A stretch of DNA of 64,000 nt from contig JAVQVU010000007.1 of NCBI GenBank assembly GCA_033579375.1, positions 63,118 to 127,117 of the forward strand, written 5' to 3'. Both the position numbers and the translations under genes were made by a program. A model generated the notes under the pieces. It searched no databases. It saw only the letters and a program-made list of their open reading frames with translations, and was not told where the DNA came from. Shown piece after piece: positions 37,132-45,400 of the stretch. Positions within the stretch are counted from its first letter, which is position 1, and every line of letters begins with the position of its first letter. The stretch comes from Anaerolineae bacterium (GTDB taxonomy: Bacteria > Chloroflexota > Anaerolineae > Aggregatilineales > Phototrophicaceae).

Positions 37132-37704
37132 CTATGCCTGCGCCTGGCTCAGGCGCGCCAACAAGTGCCAATGGCTAATGTCCCAATACACCTGAGCCTG
37201 GGCTGAAGGCGAAGGCAGGACGAACAGGCGCGTTGCGCCGCGCGCTGTGTCCTGTGGGCCATAGGCGATTTGCCCCGTCGTCAAGCCTAGCGCGACAGCT
37301 GCGGCCTTTTTGCTTGTGAAAGCCAACCAGCGCGGCTGGTAGCGGTCAATCTTGGCCCACAGAGCTTCAGCGTCAAAATCCCCAGGTTTTAGCGCCGAAT
37401 CGACGCCTTTGGCATGTTTGGCTAGGTCAGTTAGGCCCAGGCCATACTCTGGTAAACGAGGAAAATCGCGCGGCAAGAGCGGGACAGGCAGCAGTCCGAC
37501 AGCATATAGCGCAGGCCAGAAGCGGTTACTGGGGTTGGCGTAATAAGCTCCCAGGCGCGCCGAAACATCACTCGGCGCAGTGCCACAGAAGACCACGCGC
37601 AGCCCGTGCGCCAGAACATCCGCCAGGATGACTTGCTTTGTCACAGCGTCCTGCTCCTCTCCGCTTGCCACAGCCACCACGAGGCTCAGCCTTCCAGCAG
37701 ACAA
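37132..37704 (-). CDS. Mug/TDG-like (UDG family 2-like) DNA glycosylase with a non-canonical motif 1
   Basis: [33 protein letters not shown] aligns with E. coli Mug [33 protein letters not shown] (as recalled). GINPG is replaced by GTAPS. Confidence 0.75.
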   Translation of the reverse strand: [190 protein letters not shown]

Positions 37705-37709
37705 AAACC

Positions 37710-38693
37710 TTAGCGCAAAGTGAGCGCCATCGCCGCCTTCTGGACGTGCAGGCGGTTTTCAGCTTCCTGATAAACAATGCTCTGCGGCCCGTCGATGACT
37801 TCGTCGGTCACTTCAATGTTACGATCCGCTGGCAGACAATGCATGTATACCGCGCCTTCGTTGGCCAAAGCCATGCGGCGGCTGTCCGCGATCCAATCGG
37901 TGTACTGCCTGCCGATGACCGCCGACTCCTCCTTGTCTTCAGTGGTCATCCAGCAGCCCCAGCTCTTGGCGTAGATGATGTCTGCACCTTTGAAGCCTTC
38001 ATCGAAGTCGTGAAGCACCTCAAAAGAGCCGCGCGAACGCTTGGCGTTCTCGCGAGCTTGCTCCACGATATCAGGCATGAGGCTGAATTCTTTAGGATGG
38101 GTCAGGCGCACGTTCATGCCGTAGCGCGTCATCAGCAGGATGAGGCTCTGCGGCACGCTGAGCGGCTTCTGGTAGCTGCTGGCGTAAGCGTAGGAGACGT
38201 TGATCGTCTTGCCGCGCACATCACGGCCAAAGTGTTCCATGATGGTCATCATGTCGGCCAAAATCTGGAAAGGATGGAAGATGTCGTCCTGCATATTCAG
38301 GACAGGCACGCGGCTGGCCTCGGCTACTTCGCGAATGTACTTGTTGCCAAATTTCCAATCGCACTGGCGGATGGCGATCCCATCGGTGTAGCGTCCAATG
38401 ATCTCGCCAATCTCTTTGGCAGTGTCGCCGTGCGAGATTTGCGTTGTCTCGCTGTCAATGAACATGGCGTGACCGCCGAGTTGAGCCATACCGGCTTCAA
38501 AGCTGGCGCGAGTGCGCGTGCTGGTGAAGAAGAACAGCAGACCAAGCACCTTGTCGCGTAGATAAGCGTGGGGTTCACCGACGGCGCGCTTGCGCTTCAA
38601 GTCAAAAGCGACATCCAATAGGGTGTCAATTTCATCCCGCGTCCATTCCAATTCGGGGGCAATCGTATCACGCCCACGCAGGTCAGTTTGCAT
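37710..38693 (-). CDS. YgeW-like carbamoyltransferase (ATCase/OTCase superfamily)
   Basis: Motifs STRTRASFE, HPFQILAD and HCLPADR. The block YQKPLSVPQSLILLMTRYGMNV resembles E. coli YgeW (as recalled). There is no OTCase DxxxSMG motif (KSWGC instead). Confidence 0.8.
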   Translation of the reverse strand: MQTDLRGRDTIAPELEWTRDEIDTLLDVAFDLKRKRAVGEPHAYLRDKVLGLLFFFTSTRTRASFEAGMAQLGGHAMFIDSETTQISHGDTAKEIGEIIGRYTDGIAIRQCDWKFGNKYIREVAEASRVPVLNMQDDIFHPFQILADMMTIMEHFGRDVRGKTINVSYAYASSYQKPLSVPQSLILLMTRYGMNVRLTHPKEFSLMPDIVEQARENAKRSRGSFEVLHDFDEGFKGADIIYAKSWGCWMTTEDKEESAVIGRQYTDWIADSRRMALANEGAVYMHCLPADRNIEVTDEVIDGPQSIVYQEAENRLHVQKAAMALTLR

Positions 38694-38731
38694 GAACTTC
38701 TTCCTTTAGCCAATGAGTAACTCGTGAAGCC

Positions 38732-38740
38732 ATTCTAGCA
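38732..38740 (-). promoter_or_regulatory. putative extended -10 promoter (TGcTAGAAT) heading the 22-gene minus-strand array
   Basis: The minus strand reads cttgTGcTAGAATggc, about 40 nt upstream of the ATG at 38693. The RBS is AAAGGAAG. Confidence 0.3.
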
Positions 38741-38853
38741 CAAGCCCTGCAAGAAACGAACAGGGCTGAGACGCGCAGGCTAGCGCGCAGAAAAATATCG
38801 CGCAATGGGCTATAATTTGCTTGAATTATCTCCACGAAGGCTTCGTCTATCTC

Positions 38854-41223
38854 ATGCCCAAGCGCAAAAAGTCCCCTCAAGATTGGTTTTCAGCGACATT
38901 CGGCCCGCTCATCGACCAGCAGAAAGCTACTTTTGCTCACTACGCTAAGGTCTATGCCGAGCCTCGCGCCACTCAAGGTAGTTGGCACACGCTCATGGGC
39001 GAACCTGAAGCCAGCTTGGAGGGCCAGCGACTGCGCCTCAACTACGCCAACGCGCGCCTGTATGTGGACTTCCTGACGCCGAGCATAGTGCGCGTCTGGC
39101 TGGTACGACCAGGAGAGGACGACGCGCCGCCCTTCTCCTACGCGCTGCTAGAGTCGCTGCCTCGCGAGTCGCTCCGCCTACAATCTGAGGAACAGACCAT
39201 CCTCGCCCCTCTTGGCTCGCAGCGCTCACTGGCATCCCACGCGCTGCACCATCAGGGCCAGATTTTGTTCCGCTACAGCGCCGACGCAGCGACGTCCGTC
39301 ATCGACTGTCTGTATCAACCGATAGACATCGCCTGGCACGACGGTGGTCGGCTGCGCCTAAAGTTCCTCAATCAGGGCATAAGCGGCGCCTACGGTACAG
39401 GTGAGCGCACCTTCGACACCAACCTCCTGGGGCGCCGACTAACCTTCTGGAACACTGACGCTGGCTCGTATGTGCGCGGCTTTGAACCGATCAATACTAC
39501 CGTGCCGCTGCTCATCCTTCACAACTCTGAAGCCTATTGGGGCATTTTTCTCGACAACAGCCACCGCAGCGTCTTGGACATGCAGTCGCGCCAGACCACC
39601 ACTGCCAACCATTTAGAATGGGAGATAGCAGGTGGCAGACTGAGCTTTGTGTGCATGAGCGGCCCAACGCTGCAATCCATCGTCGAACAGTTCACCGCGC
39701 TCACAGGTCGTATGCCTATGCCACCGTTGTGGGCTTTGGGTTACCATCAATCGCGTTACAGTTACGCCACTCAAGCAGAAGTCTTGGAAGTCGCGCGCGA
39801 GCTGCGTCAGCGAGCCATCCCTTGTGACGTGATCCACCTAGACATTCACTACATGGACGGCTACCGCGTCTTTACCTGGGACGCGCAAGCTTTTCCCGAC
39901 CCGCGCGGTATGAGTGAGACGTTGCACGCAATGGGCTTCAAGCTGGTGACGATCCTCGACCCAGGCGTGAAGATCGATCCTGAGTATGCTGTTTACCAGA
40001 GTGGAGTCGCGCAAGACGTTTTCATGAAGTGGCCCGACGGTCAGCCAGTCGCTGGTGTGGTATGGCCTGGGATGACGCACCATCCCGATTTCACCAAGCC
40101 TAGCGCACGCGCCTGGTGGACAGAGCAAGTACGCAGCTTCGTGCAGAATTACGGGATTGATGGCCTATGGAACGACATGAATGAGCCGCTCTACTTCAGC
40201 AATGGCGAAGCCATCAGCCCGCCTGACATTGTGCGGCACGACTGGGAAGGCCGAGGGACAACCCATGCAGAGGCTCACAATCTGTATGGCACGCTGATGG
40301 CGCGCGCTTCCCGCGAGGGCCTAGAAGCGGCTCAGCCTCAGCGCCGTCCCTTCAACATCACGCGCGCCGGCTGGGCCGGGGCGCAGCGCTACGCTTCTTC
40401 GTGGACAGGGGACAATCAGGCCACTTGGGACGATCTGCGCCTGAGCATTGCCATGAACATCCACATGGCCCTGAGCGGCCAGTCGTTCACTGGGCCTGAT
40501 GTGGGCGGCTTCGCTGGAGATACCAACGGCGAGCTGTTGGCGCGCTGGACACAAGCTGCCTGCCTGCTGCCCTTCTTCCGCAATCACAGCGCCGTAGACA
40601 CCATCCGCCAAGAACCCTGGCGCTTCGGCCCAGAGGTTGAGCGCGTTTGCCGCGAAGCTATCGCCTTGCGTTATCGCCTCATGCCCTACTTGTACACTGC
40701 CTTCGCGCGTTGCCATTTCTACGGCACGCCCATCATCAAACCTGTGCTGCTGGACGAGGGCACCCTAGACGATTGCTTCATCTTGGGCGATGATATACTC
40801 GTCGCGCCAGTCCTGATGCCGCATACTCTGCGCCGCGTTGTCTTTTTGCCACAAGACGACGAGCGGGGTTGGGTAGATTTCTGGACAGGCCAGCTCTACC
40901 CTGGCGGACACGCCTTTGTTCAGTCCGCTCCACTAGACTGCCTGCCTCTCTTCGTCCGCAGCGGCGCGCTGATTCCTATGTGGCAGGAGGACTTACAAAA
41001 CCTAAGCCAATGGCCACAATCAGGCACGCTCGTGTTGTATGGCCAAGCTTCCGACAGGATGAGCGTCGTTTACGAAGATGATGGGGAAGGCCCAGAGTAT
41101 CGGCTGGGCAAGTACCTTTGGCGCAGCTTCCGCGTCAACGACCAGGGTAAGAGCTTGGAACTCGTGGAAACACGCCAGGGACAGGACAGAGCGCGTACAC
41201 ACTATCGACTCCAACGTCGCTAG
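38854..41223 (+). CDS. glycoside hydrolase family 31 alpha-glucosidase
   Basis: GIDGLWNDMNEP (nucleophile block), plus HNLYG and GPDVGGFAGD. ATG at 38854 is taken as the start; TTG at 38821 is an alternative. Confidence 0.88.
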   Translation: MPKRKKSPQDWFSATFGPLIDQQKATFAHYAKVYAEPRATQGSWHTLMGEPEASLEGQRLRLNYANARLYVDFLTPSIVRVWLVRPGEDDAPPFSYALLESLPRESLRLQSEEQTILAPLGSQRSLASHALHHQGQILFRYSADAATSVIDCLYQPIDIAWHDGGRLRLKFLNQGISGAYGTGERTFDTNLLGRRLTFWNTDAGSYVRGFEPINTTVPLLILHNSEAYWGIFLDNSHRSVLDMQSRQTTTANHLEWEIAGGRLSFVCMSGPTLQSIVEQFTALTGRMPMPPLWALGYHQSRYSYATQAEVLEVARELRQRAIPCDVIHLDIHYMDGYRVFTWDAQAFPDPRGMSETLHAMGFKLVTILDPGVKIDPEYAVYQSGVAQDVFMKWPDGQPVAGVVWPGMTHHPDFTKPSARAWWTEQVRSFVQNYGIDGLWNDMNEPLYFSNGEAISPPDIVRHDWEGRGTTHAEAHNLYGTLMARASREGLEAAQPQRRPFNITRAGWAGAQRYASSWTGDNQATWDDLRLSIAMNIHMALSGQSFTGPDVGGFAGDTNGELLARWTQAACLLPFFRNHSAVDTIRQEPWRFGPEVERVCREAIALRYRLMPYLYTAFARCHFYGTPIIKPVLLDEGTLDDCFILGDDILVAPVLMPHTLRRVVFLPQDDERGWVDFWTGQLYPGGHAFVQSAPLDCLPLFVRSGALIPMWQEDLQNLSQWPQSGTLVLYGQASDRMSVVYEDDGEGPEYRLGKYLWRSFRVNDQGKSLELVETRQGQDRARTHYRLQRR

Positions 41224-41224
41224 G

Positions 41225-41245
41225 GCTGGACTTGGCCAGTCCAGC
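41225..41245 (+). terminator. stem-loop after the GH31 gene (possible terminator, no U-tract)
   Basis: GCTGGACT-TGGCC-AGTCCAGC forms a perfect 8-bp stem 2 nt after the stop codon. It is followed by GGACTGTTG, a weak T-run. Confidence 0.3.
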
Positions 41246-41306
41246 GGACTGTTGCGAGTAGCTGAACCTGCATCGTCTACAGAAAGCGATCCCATCGACT
41301 GGCGCC

Positions 41307-44300
41307 ATGTTCATCCTTCATGGTTCATTCAACCCTGACCACCACCATTTCCTAATTTGGGCCGAGACGGATAACCCCCAAATGTCCAAGCGCAGCAAGA
41401 AGCGCAAGATCGGGCCATCCCCCCAAGAACGTCCCAAGCACCCACACCACCCTTTCGGAGCTTCGCAAGCGCAGCTGATGGCATGGCGCGAGTCGTGCAT
41501 TCCGCACCTGAAGGCTTCGCCTTCGGGCGCCATCGTCTTCTTGCCAGGCAGCGCCGACATGCCCCACCCCTCCATCGATTGGCAAGAGACGGGTCTTCAG
41601 CACCATCCCTTGTCTGAAGCGCCTGAACTCTACCATTGGCACGTCTTCGGCCTAGCCCTGCCTCTCAGTGCAGCCGTCGAATTCCTGCTTACTCCCAACA
41701 AATCTCTGGGGCGCGACCTACTCTTCTGGCGCATGGCCATTCTAGAGAGCCTAGCCTTCATCGCAGGCCAGCAAATCTTGCCTGGCCTGGTGCGCGACGG
41801 GATGTTCCTGCGAGCAGATTGGCTGATCGCCTCTGAAGCTGCCGAACGGATGGAAGCATTAGCTCAGCAAATGCCGCCCTTCTGCCGTGCTTACGCCACC
41901 AGTGAGGAGCTTCTGCCCAGCGCCAACCATATAATGAACGAGTTCACCCATGCGATGGCTCGCATGATTGTGCGCAGCGCTGCTTCTCAACTGCGGCTGC
42001 CAGGTGGTCGTTCGCACGGGCAAATCTGGCTCTACGCCCTGACGACGTCCGACACCCGTCTCAAGCTCCCTCCCAACCAGGTCGAAGATTTCTATACCAC
42101 CTGGCAAACCTGGAGTCAGCAGAACGACGCTGCTGGCAACCGTCACTTTCGCATCGCCTTGCGCCTGAACCCTCCAGAAGGCGACGACCAAGAATGGACG
42201 CTGGAGTACCTGCTGCAATCAGTGGAAAATCCCGCGCTGATGATCACGGCGGCCCAAGTTTGGCGCGGCCAGAACGACATTCTGCGCCAGCGCTTCGACC
42301 AAGCTCAGGAACGACTGCTACGCGGCTTAGCGTTTGCAGGACGCCTCTTCCCACCCATCCTGGAGAGCCTGCGCGACAAGACGCCGCAGCAAGCTGTTTT
42401 CGACACCGCTCAGGCAGCGGCTTTCCTGCAAGAAGCTGTCCCTTACCTCCAGGCTATCGGTTATCGTGTACTGCTGCCTGAGTCCTGGTCGAGCAAGAAG
42501 ACGCGCTTGTGCGCAACAGCGCGTATCAAGCCACGGAATGGCAAGGGTCTTCTCAATCTGTCCAGCATCGTAGATTTCGAATACGAAATTTCGCTGGGCG
42601 GCGAGATCATTGAACAGGAAGAATTCATGCGTCTGGCGGCGCTCAAGCAGCCGCTGGTGCGCGTGCGTGGGCAGTGGGTGCTGTTGGACGCTGAGCAGGC
42701 GGCTGCTGCGCTGAACATCATCCTGCACGGCAGAGGACAAATGTCCTTCGTCGATGCTCTGCGCTTGGGCCTAGACGGAGGTGAAGCGCACGGCCTGTCT
42801 GTCGAGAAGGTTGAAGCCGAGGGTTGGCTGAGCAACTTGTTCGTCAGCTTGCGAAACCCTGAAGTGATCGTGCTGCCCAGGCCGCCACAGGGCTTGCGTG
42901 CCGATATGCGCCCCTACCAGGTGCGCGGCTTCGCTTGGTTGCTATTCTTGCGGCGCTTCGGCCTGGGAGCTTGCTTAGCAGATGATATGGGTCTGGGAAA
43001 GACCTTGCAGGCCATTGCCTACCTTCAGCAGCTCAAGAACGACAATGCCAAGATTGCGCCGGCGCTGGTGGTCTGTCCAACCTCGGTCGTGGGTAATTGG
43101 CTGCGAGAGCTTCAACGCTTTGCCCCTGGGCTGCGAGCAGTTATTCATCAGGGAGCAGGGCGCAGCAGCGGCGAAGATTTTGCCAGACTGGCTCAGAGCG
43201 CCGATGTGGTGCTGACCAGCTACCCATTGCTAGCCCGCGATCAGGACAGCATTGTGCCAATTCAGTGGTCGGCTGTAATTTTGGATGAAGCCCAGAACAT
43301 CAAGAACAGCAGCACCAAACAAGCTCAGGCCGCCCATGAGTTGAAGGCCGAACATCGTATCGCCATGACTGGCACGCCGATTGAGAATCGCCTGAGCGAG
43401 TTGTGGTCGATCTTCCACTTCATCAACCCCAATTACCTGGGCAGCGAACGCAGCTTCCGCCAGAATTTCGCCTCACCCATCGAGCGCGCCGACGATGTTC
43501 ATGCCGCTCAGCGTCTCAAGCGTCTGACCGCACCCTTCATCCTGCGCCGCCTCAAGACCGACCCGACCATCATCAGTGATCTGCCCGAAAAGCTGGAAAT
43601 GATCGTCCACGTCAACCTGACGCAAGAGCAGGCGACACTGTACGAAGCTGTCGTTCGGCAGTCGCTGGAACTCATCAAGGAAGCTGAGGAAAAAGGCAAC
43701 GCCATGAGTCGACGCGGCCTAGTGTTGTCTTTGCTCACCCAGCTCAAGCAGGTATGCAACCATCCCGCCCACTTCATGAAGGACGGCAGCCCATTAGCAG
43801 GACGCAGCGGCAAGCTAGAACGCCTGACAGAAATGCTGGAAGAGGTCTTTGCAGAAGGCGACAAAGCCCTCGTCTTCACACAGTTTGCAGAGATGGGCGA
43901 ACTGTTGTGCCAGCACCTAGAAGCCAGCCTGGGCGAAAAGCCGCTTTGGTTGCATGGTGGCACGAAGGTCGAAGAGCGCGAAGACCTCATTCGTCGTTTC
44001 CAAGCGCCATATGGTCCACGTCTGTTCATCCTATCGCTCAAAGTTGGTGGCGTGGGCCTCAATCTCACTCAGGCCAACCACGTCTTCCACTTCGACCGCT
44101 GGTGGAATCCTGCTGTCGAAAATCAGGCAACCGACCGTGCTTATCGTATCGGCCAAATGCGCCGTGTACAGGTACACAAATTCGTAGCCATCGGCACGCT
44201 AGAGGAGCGCATTGACGCCATGATTGAGAGCAAGAAGGCCCTGGCTGAGCGTATCGTCAGCGTCGACGAAAGTTGGTTGACGGAACTCAGCACTGACGAT

Positions 44301-44333
44301 CTGCACGAATTGGTGGCCCTGCGCCCCTCTTGA
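41307..44333 (+). CDS. SNF2-family helicase/ATPase with a long N-terminal domain
   Basis: Motifs DDMGLGKT (I), LDEAQNIKN (II), MTGTPIENR (III), LKVGGVGLNLT and QATDRAYRIGQ (VI). The roughly 520-aa N-terminal region has no motif I recognise. Confidence 0.9.
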   Translation: MFILHGSFNPDHHHFLIWAETDNPQMSKRSKKRKIGPSPQERPKHPHHPFGASQAQLMAWRESCIPHLKASPSGAIVFLPGSADMPHPSIDWQETGLQHHPLSEAPELYHWHVFGLALPLSAAVEFLLTPNKSLGRDLLFWRMAILESLAFIAGQQILPGLVRDGMFLRADWLIASEAAERMEALAQQMPPFCRAYATSEELLPSANHIMNEFTHAMARMIVRSAASQLRLPGGRSHGQIWLYALTTSDTRLKLPPNQVEDFYTTWQTWSQQNDAAGNRHFRIALRLNPPEGDDQEWTLEYLLQSVENPALMITAAQVWRGQNDILRQRFDQAQERLLRGLAFAGRLFPPILESLRDKTPQQAVFDTAQAAAFLQEAVPYLQAIGYRVLLPESWSSKKTRLCATARIKPRNGKGLLNLSSIVDFEYEISLGGEIIEQEEFMRLAALKQPLVRVRGQWVLLDAEQAAAALNIILHGRGQMSFVDALRLGLDGGEAHGLSVEKVEAEGWLSNLFVSLRNPEVIVLPRPPQGLRADMRPYQVRGFAWLLFLRRFGLGACLADDMGLGKTLQAIAYLQQLKNDNAKIAPALVVCPTSVVGNWLRELQRFAPGLRAVIHQGAGRSSGEDFARLAQSADVVLTSYPLLARDQDSIVPIQWSAVILDEAQNIKNSSTKQAQAAHELKAEHRIAMTGTPIENRLSELWSIFHFINPNYLGSERSFRQNFASPIERADDVHAAQRLKRLTAPFILRRLKTDPTIISDLPEKLEMIVHVNLTQEQATLYEAVVRQSLELIKEAEEKGNAMSRRGLVLSLLTQLKQVCNHPAHFMKDGSPLAGRSGKLERLTEMLEEVFAEGDKALVFTQFAEMGELLCQHLEASLGEKPLWLHGGTKVEEREDLIRRFQAPYGPRLFILSLKVGGVGLNLTQANHVFHFDRWWNPAVENQATDRAYRIGQMRRVQVHKFVAIGTLEERIDAMIESKKALAERIVSVDESWLTELSTDDLHELVALRPS

Positions 44334-44356
44334 ACGCTCTGAAGGAGACCTGAAGC

Positions 44357-45337
44357 ATGGCCAACGCTCCCAAAACGCCATCGAAGCGCCCTAAGCCGGT
44401 CAGCGGTCATCGCAACAAGGCGCGCCCCTACCGTATCCCGCGCGTGCAGCCTGCACGACGCAGTGCTCGCGACTCACTTCAAGCAGGCATCGAATCCCAC
44501 CATGACGAGACGTATAGTCCGCCGCGCCGAGCCGATGGCCTCAAGAGTCGTACGGAACATGGCGCTTTCGCTGAGAACTGGTGGGCCAAACGCTGGATTA
44601 ACGTTCTAGAGAGCTATGGCCTGGGAACGCGCCTCCAGCGTGGGCAAGAGTACGCTCGCAAGGGTCAGGTTCTCAGCTTGACGATTGAGGTCGGACGTGT
44701 GCGTGCCAAAGTGCAGGGGTCGCGGCCCAAACCCTATCAAGTCCTGATTGAGGTCAAACCGCTGACCGATGAAGAATGGGAACGCGCCCTAGACGCCATC
44801 AGCGAGCAGGCTATCTTCACCGCCCAGCTGCTGGACGGCACTATGCCCCAGGAGATTGAGAGCGCTTTTGAACAAGCTAACGTTGGCCTCTTCCCTGACC
44901 ATGTGCGCGATATAATGACGGAGTGTAACTGCCCAGACACGGCCAACCCCTGCAAGCACATCGCGGCTGTCTACTACCTGCTGGGCGAACATTTCGACCA
45001 GGATCCCTTCCTGATCTTCGCTATGCGCGGCAAAACCCGCCAGCAGGTCATCGAAGCGCTGCGTCAGCGCCGCGCAGCCGCCACCCTGGCTGAAGCCAGC
45101 ACTCAAGAAGCGCCCCTTGTCCCTGGCGGCAGCGTGCCAATTCGTCAACTGTTGGACAGCTTTTGGGGACAGGAGCTGAACTGGTCGCCAGCACCTATCC
45201 AACCTCCTGTGCGCCCTATGCCGCTCATGCGTCATTTAGGGCCAGCACCAGGCGATACCCAGGAATACTTCGAAAACCTGTATCAGGCCATCACCGCCGT
45301 CTGCCTGAAGATGATCCGCAACGGGGAAGACGACTAA
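44357..45337 (+). CDS. SWIM zinc-finger protein
   Basis: CNCPDTANPCKHIAAV fits the CxCx(n)CxH pattern. The gene starts 23 nt downstream of the SNF2 gene. Confidence 0.8.
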   Translation: MANAPKTPSKRPKPVSGHRNKARPYRIPRVQPARRSARDSLQAGIESHHDETYSPPRRADGLKSRTEHGAFAENWWAKRWINVLESYGLGTRLQRGQEYARKGQVLSLTIEVGRVRAKVQGSRPKPYQVLIEVKPLTDEEWERALDAISEQAIFTAQLLDGTMPQEIESAFEQANVGLFPDHVRDIMTECNCPDTANPCKHIAAVYYLLGEHFDQDPFLIFAMRGKTRQQVIEALRQRRAAATLAEASTQEAPLVPGGSVPIRQLLDSFWGQELNWSPAPIQPPVRPMPLMRHLGPAPGDTQEYFENLYQAITAVCLKMIRNGEDD

Positions 45338-45400
45338 GGCTCTCTTCAGCTGGACGCGTTATGCTCCACAAAGACACACAGACAGGCGCGGAGACACAAA

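Noticed and set aside
37638-38561. Long antisense ORFs opposite well-supported genes. Examples: 37638-38561 (+), 33874-34719 (+), 18757-19614 (+), 11305-12108 (+), 7158-7823 (-), 26774-27535 (+), 43508-44068 (-).
   Set aside because: Each lies entirely within a gene on the other strand that has clear family motifs. Their translations are Arg/Ala/Gly/His-rich low-complexity strings, typical of shadow ORFs in GC-rich DNA. I saw no RBS or motif support.
16212-38693. Selenocysteine recoding (in-frame TGA plus SECIS) in the molybdenum-hydroxylase-associated genes.
   Set aside because: All genes in the array are uninterrupted ORFs of normal length for their families. Nothing suggests a TGA-split gene. 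Selenium dependence in this family would involve a labile cofactor, not Sec, and selD is not in the window.
36154-38693. Carbamate kinase plus carbamoyltransferase interpreted as an arginine deiminase (ADI) pathway, given the arginase gene at 46858-47760.
   Set aside because: There is no arcA or arcD in the window. The transferase lacks the OTCase SMG motif and looks YgeW-like. Arginase is 8 kb away in a separate transcription unit.
41307-45337. The SNF2 helicase as part of a known defence system (DISARM, Zorya, BREX or Druantia-like).
   Set aside because: None of the obligatory partners (methyltransferase, DUF1998, PLD nuclease, ZorA/B, PglZ and others) is adjacent. The only partner is the SWIM protein, so I report it as an uncharacterised pair.
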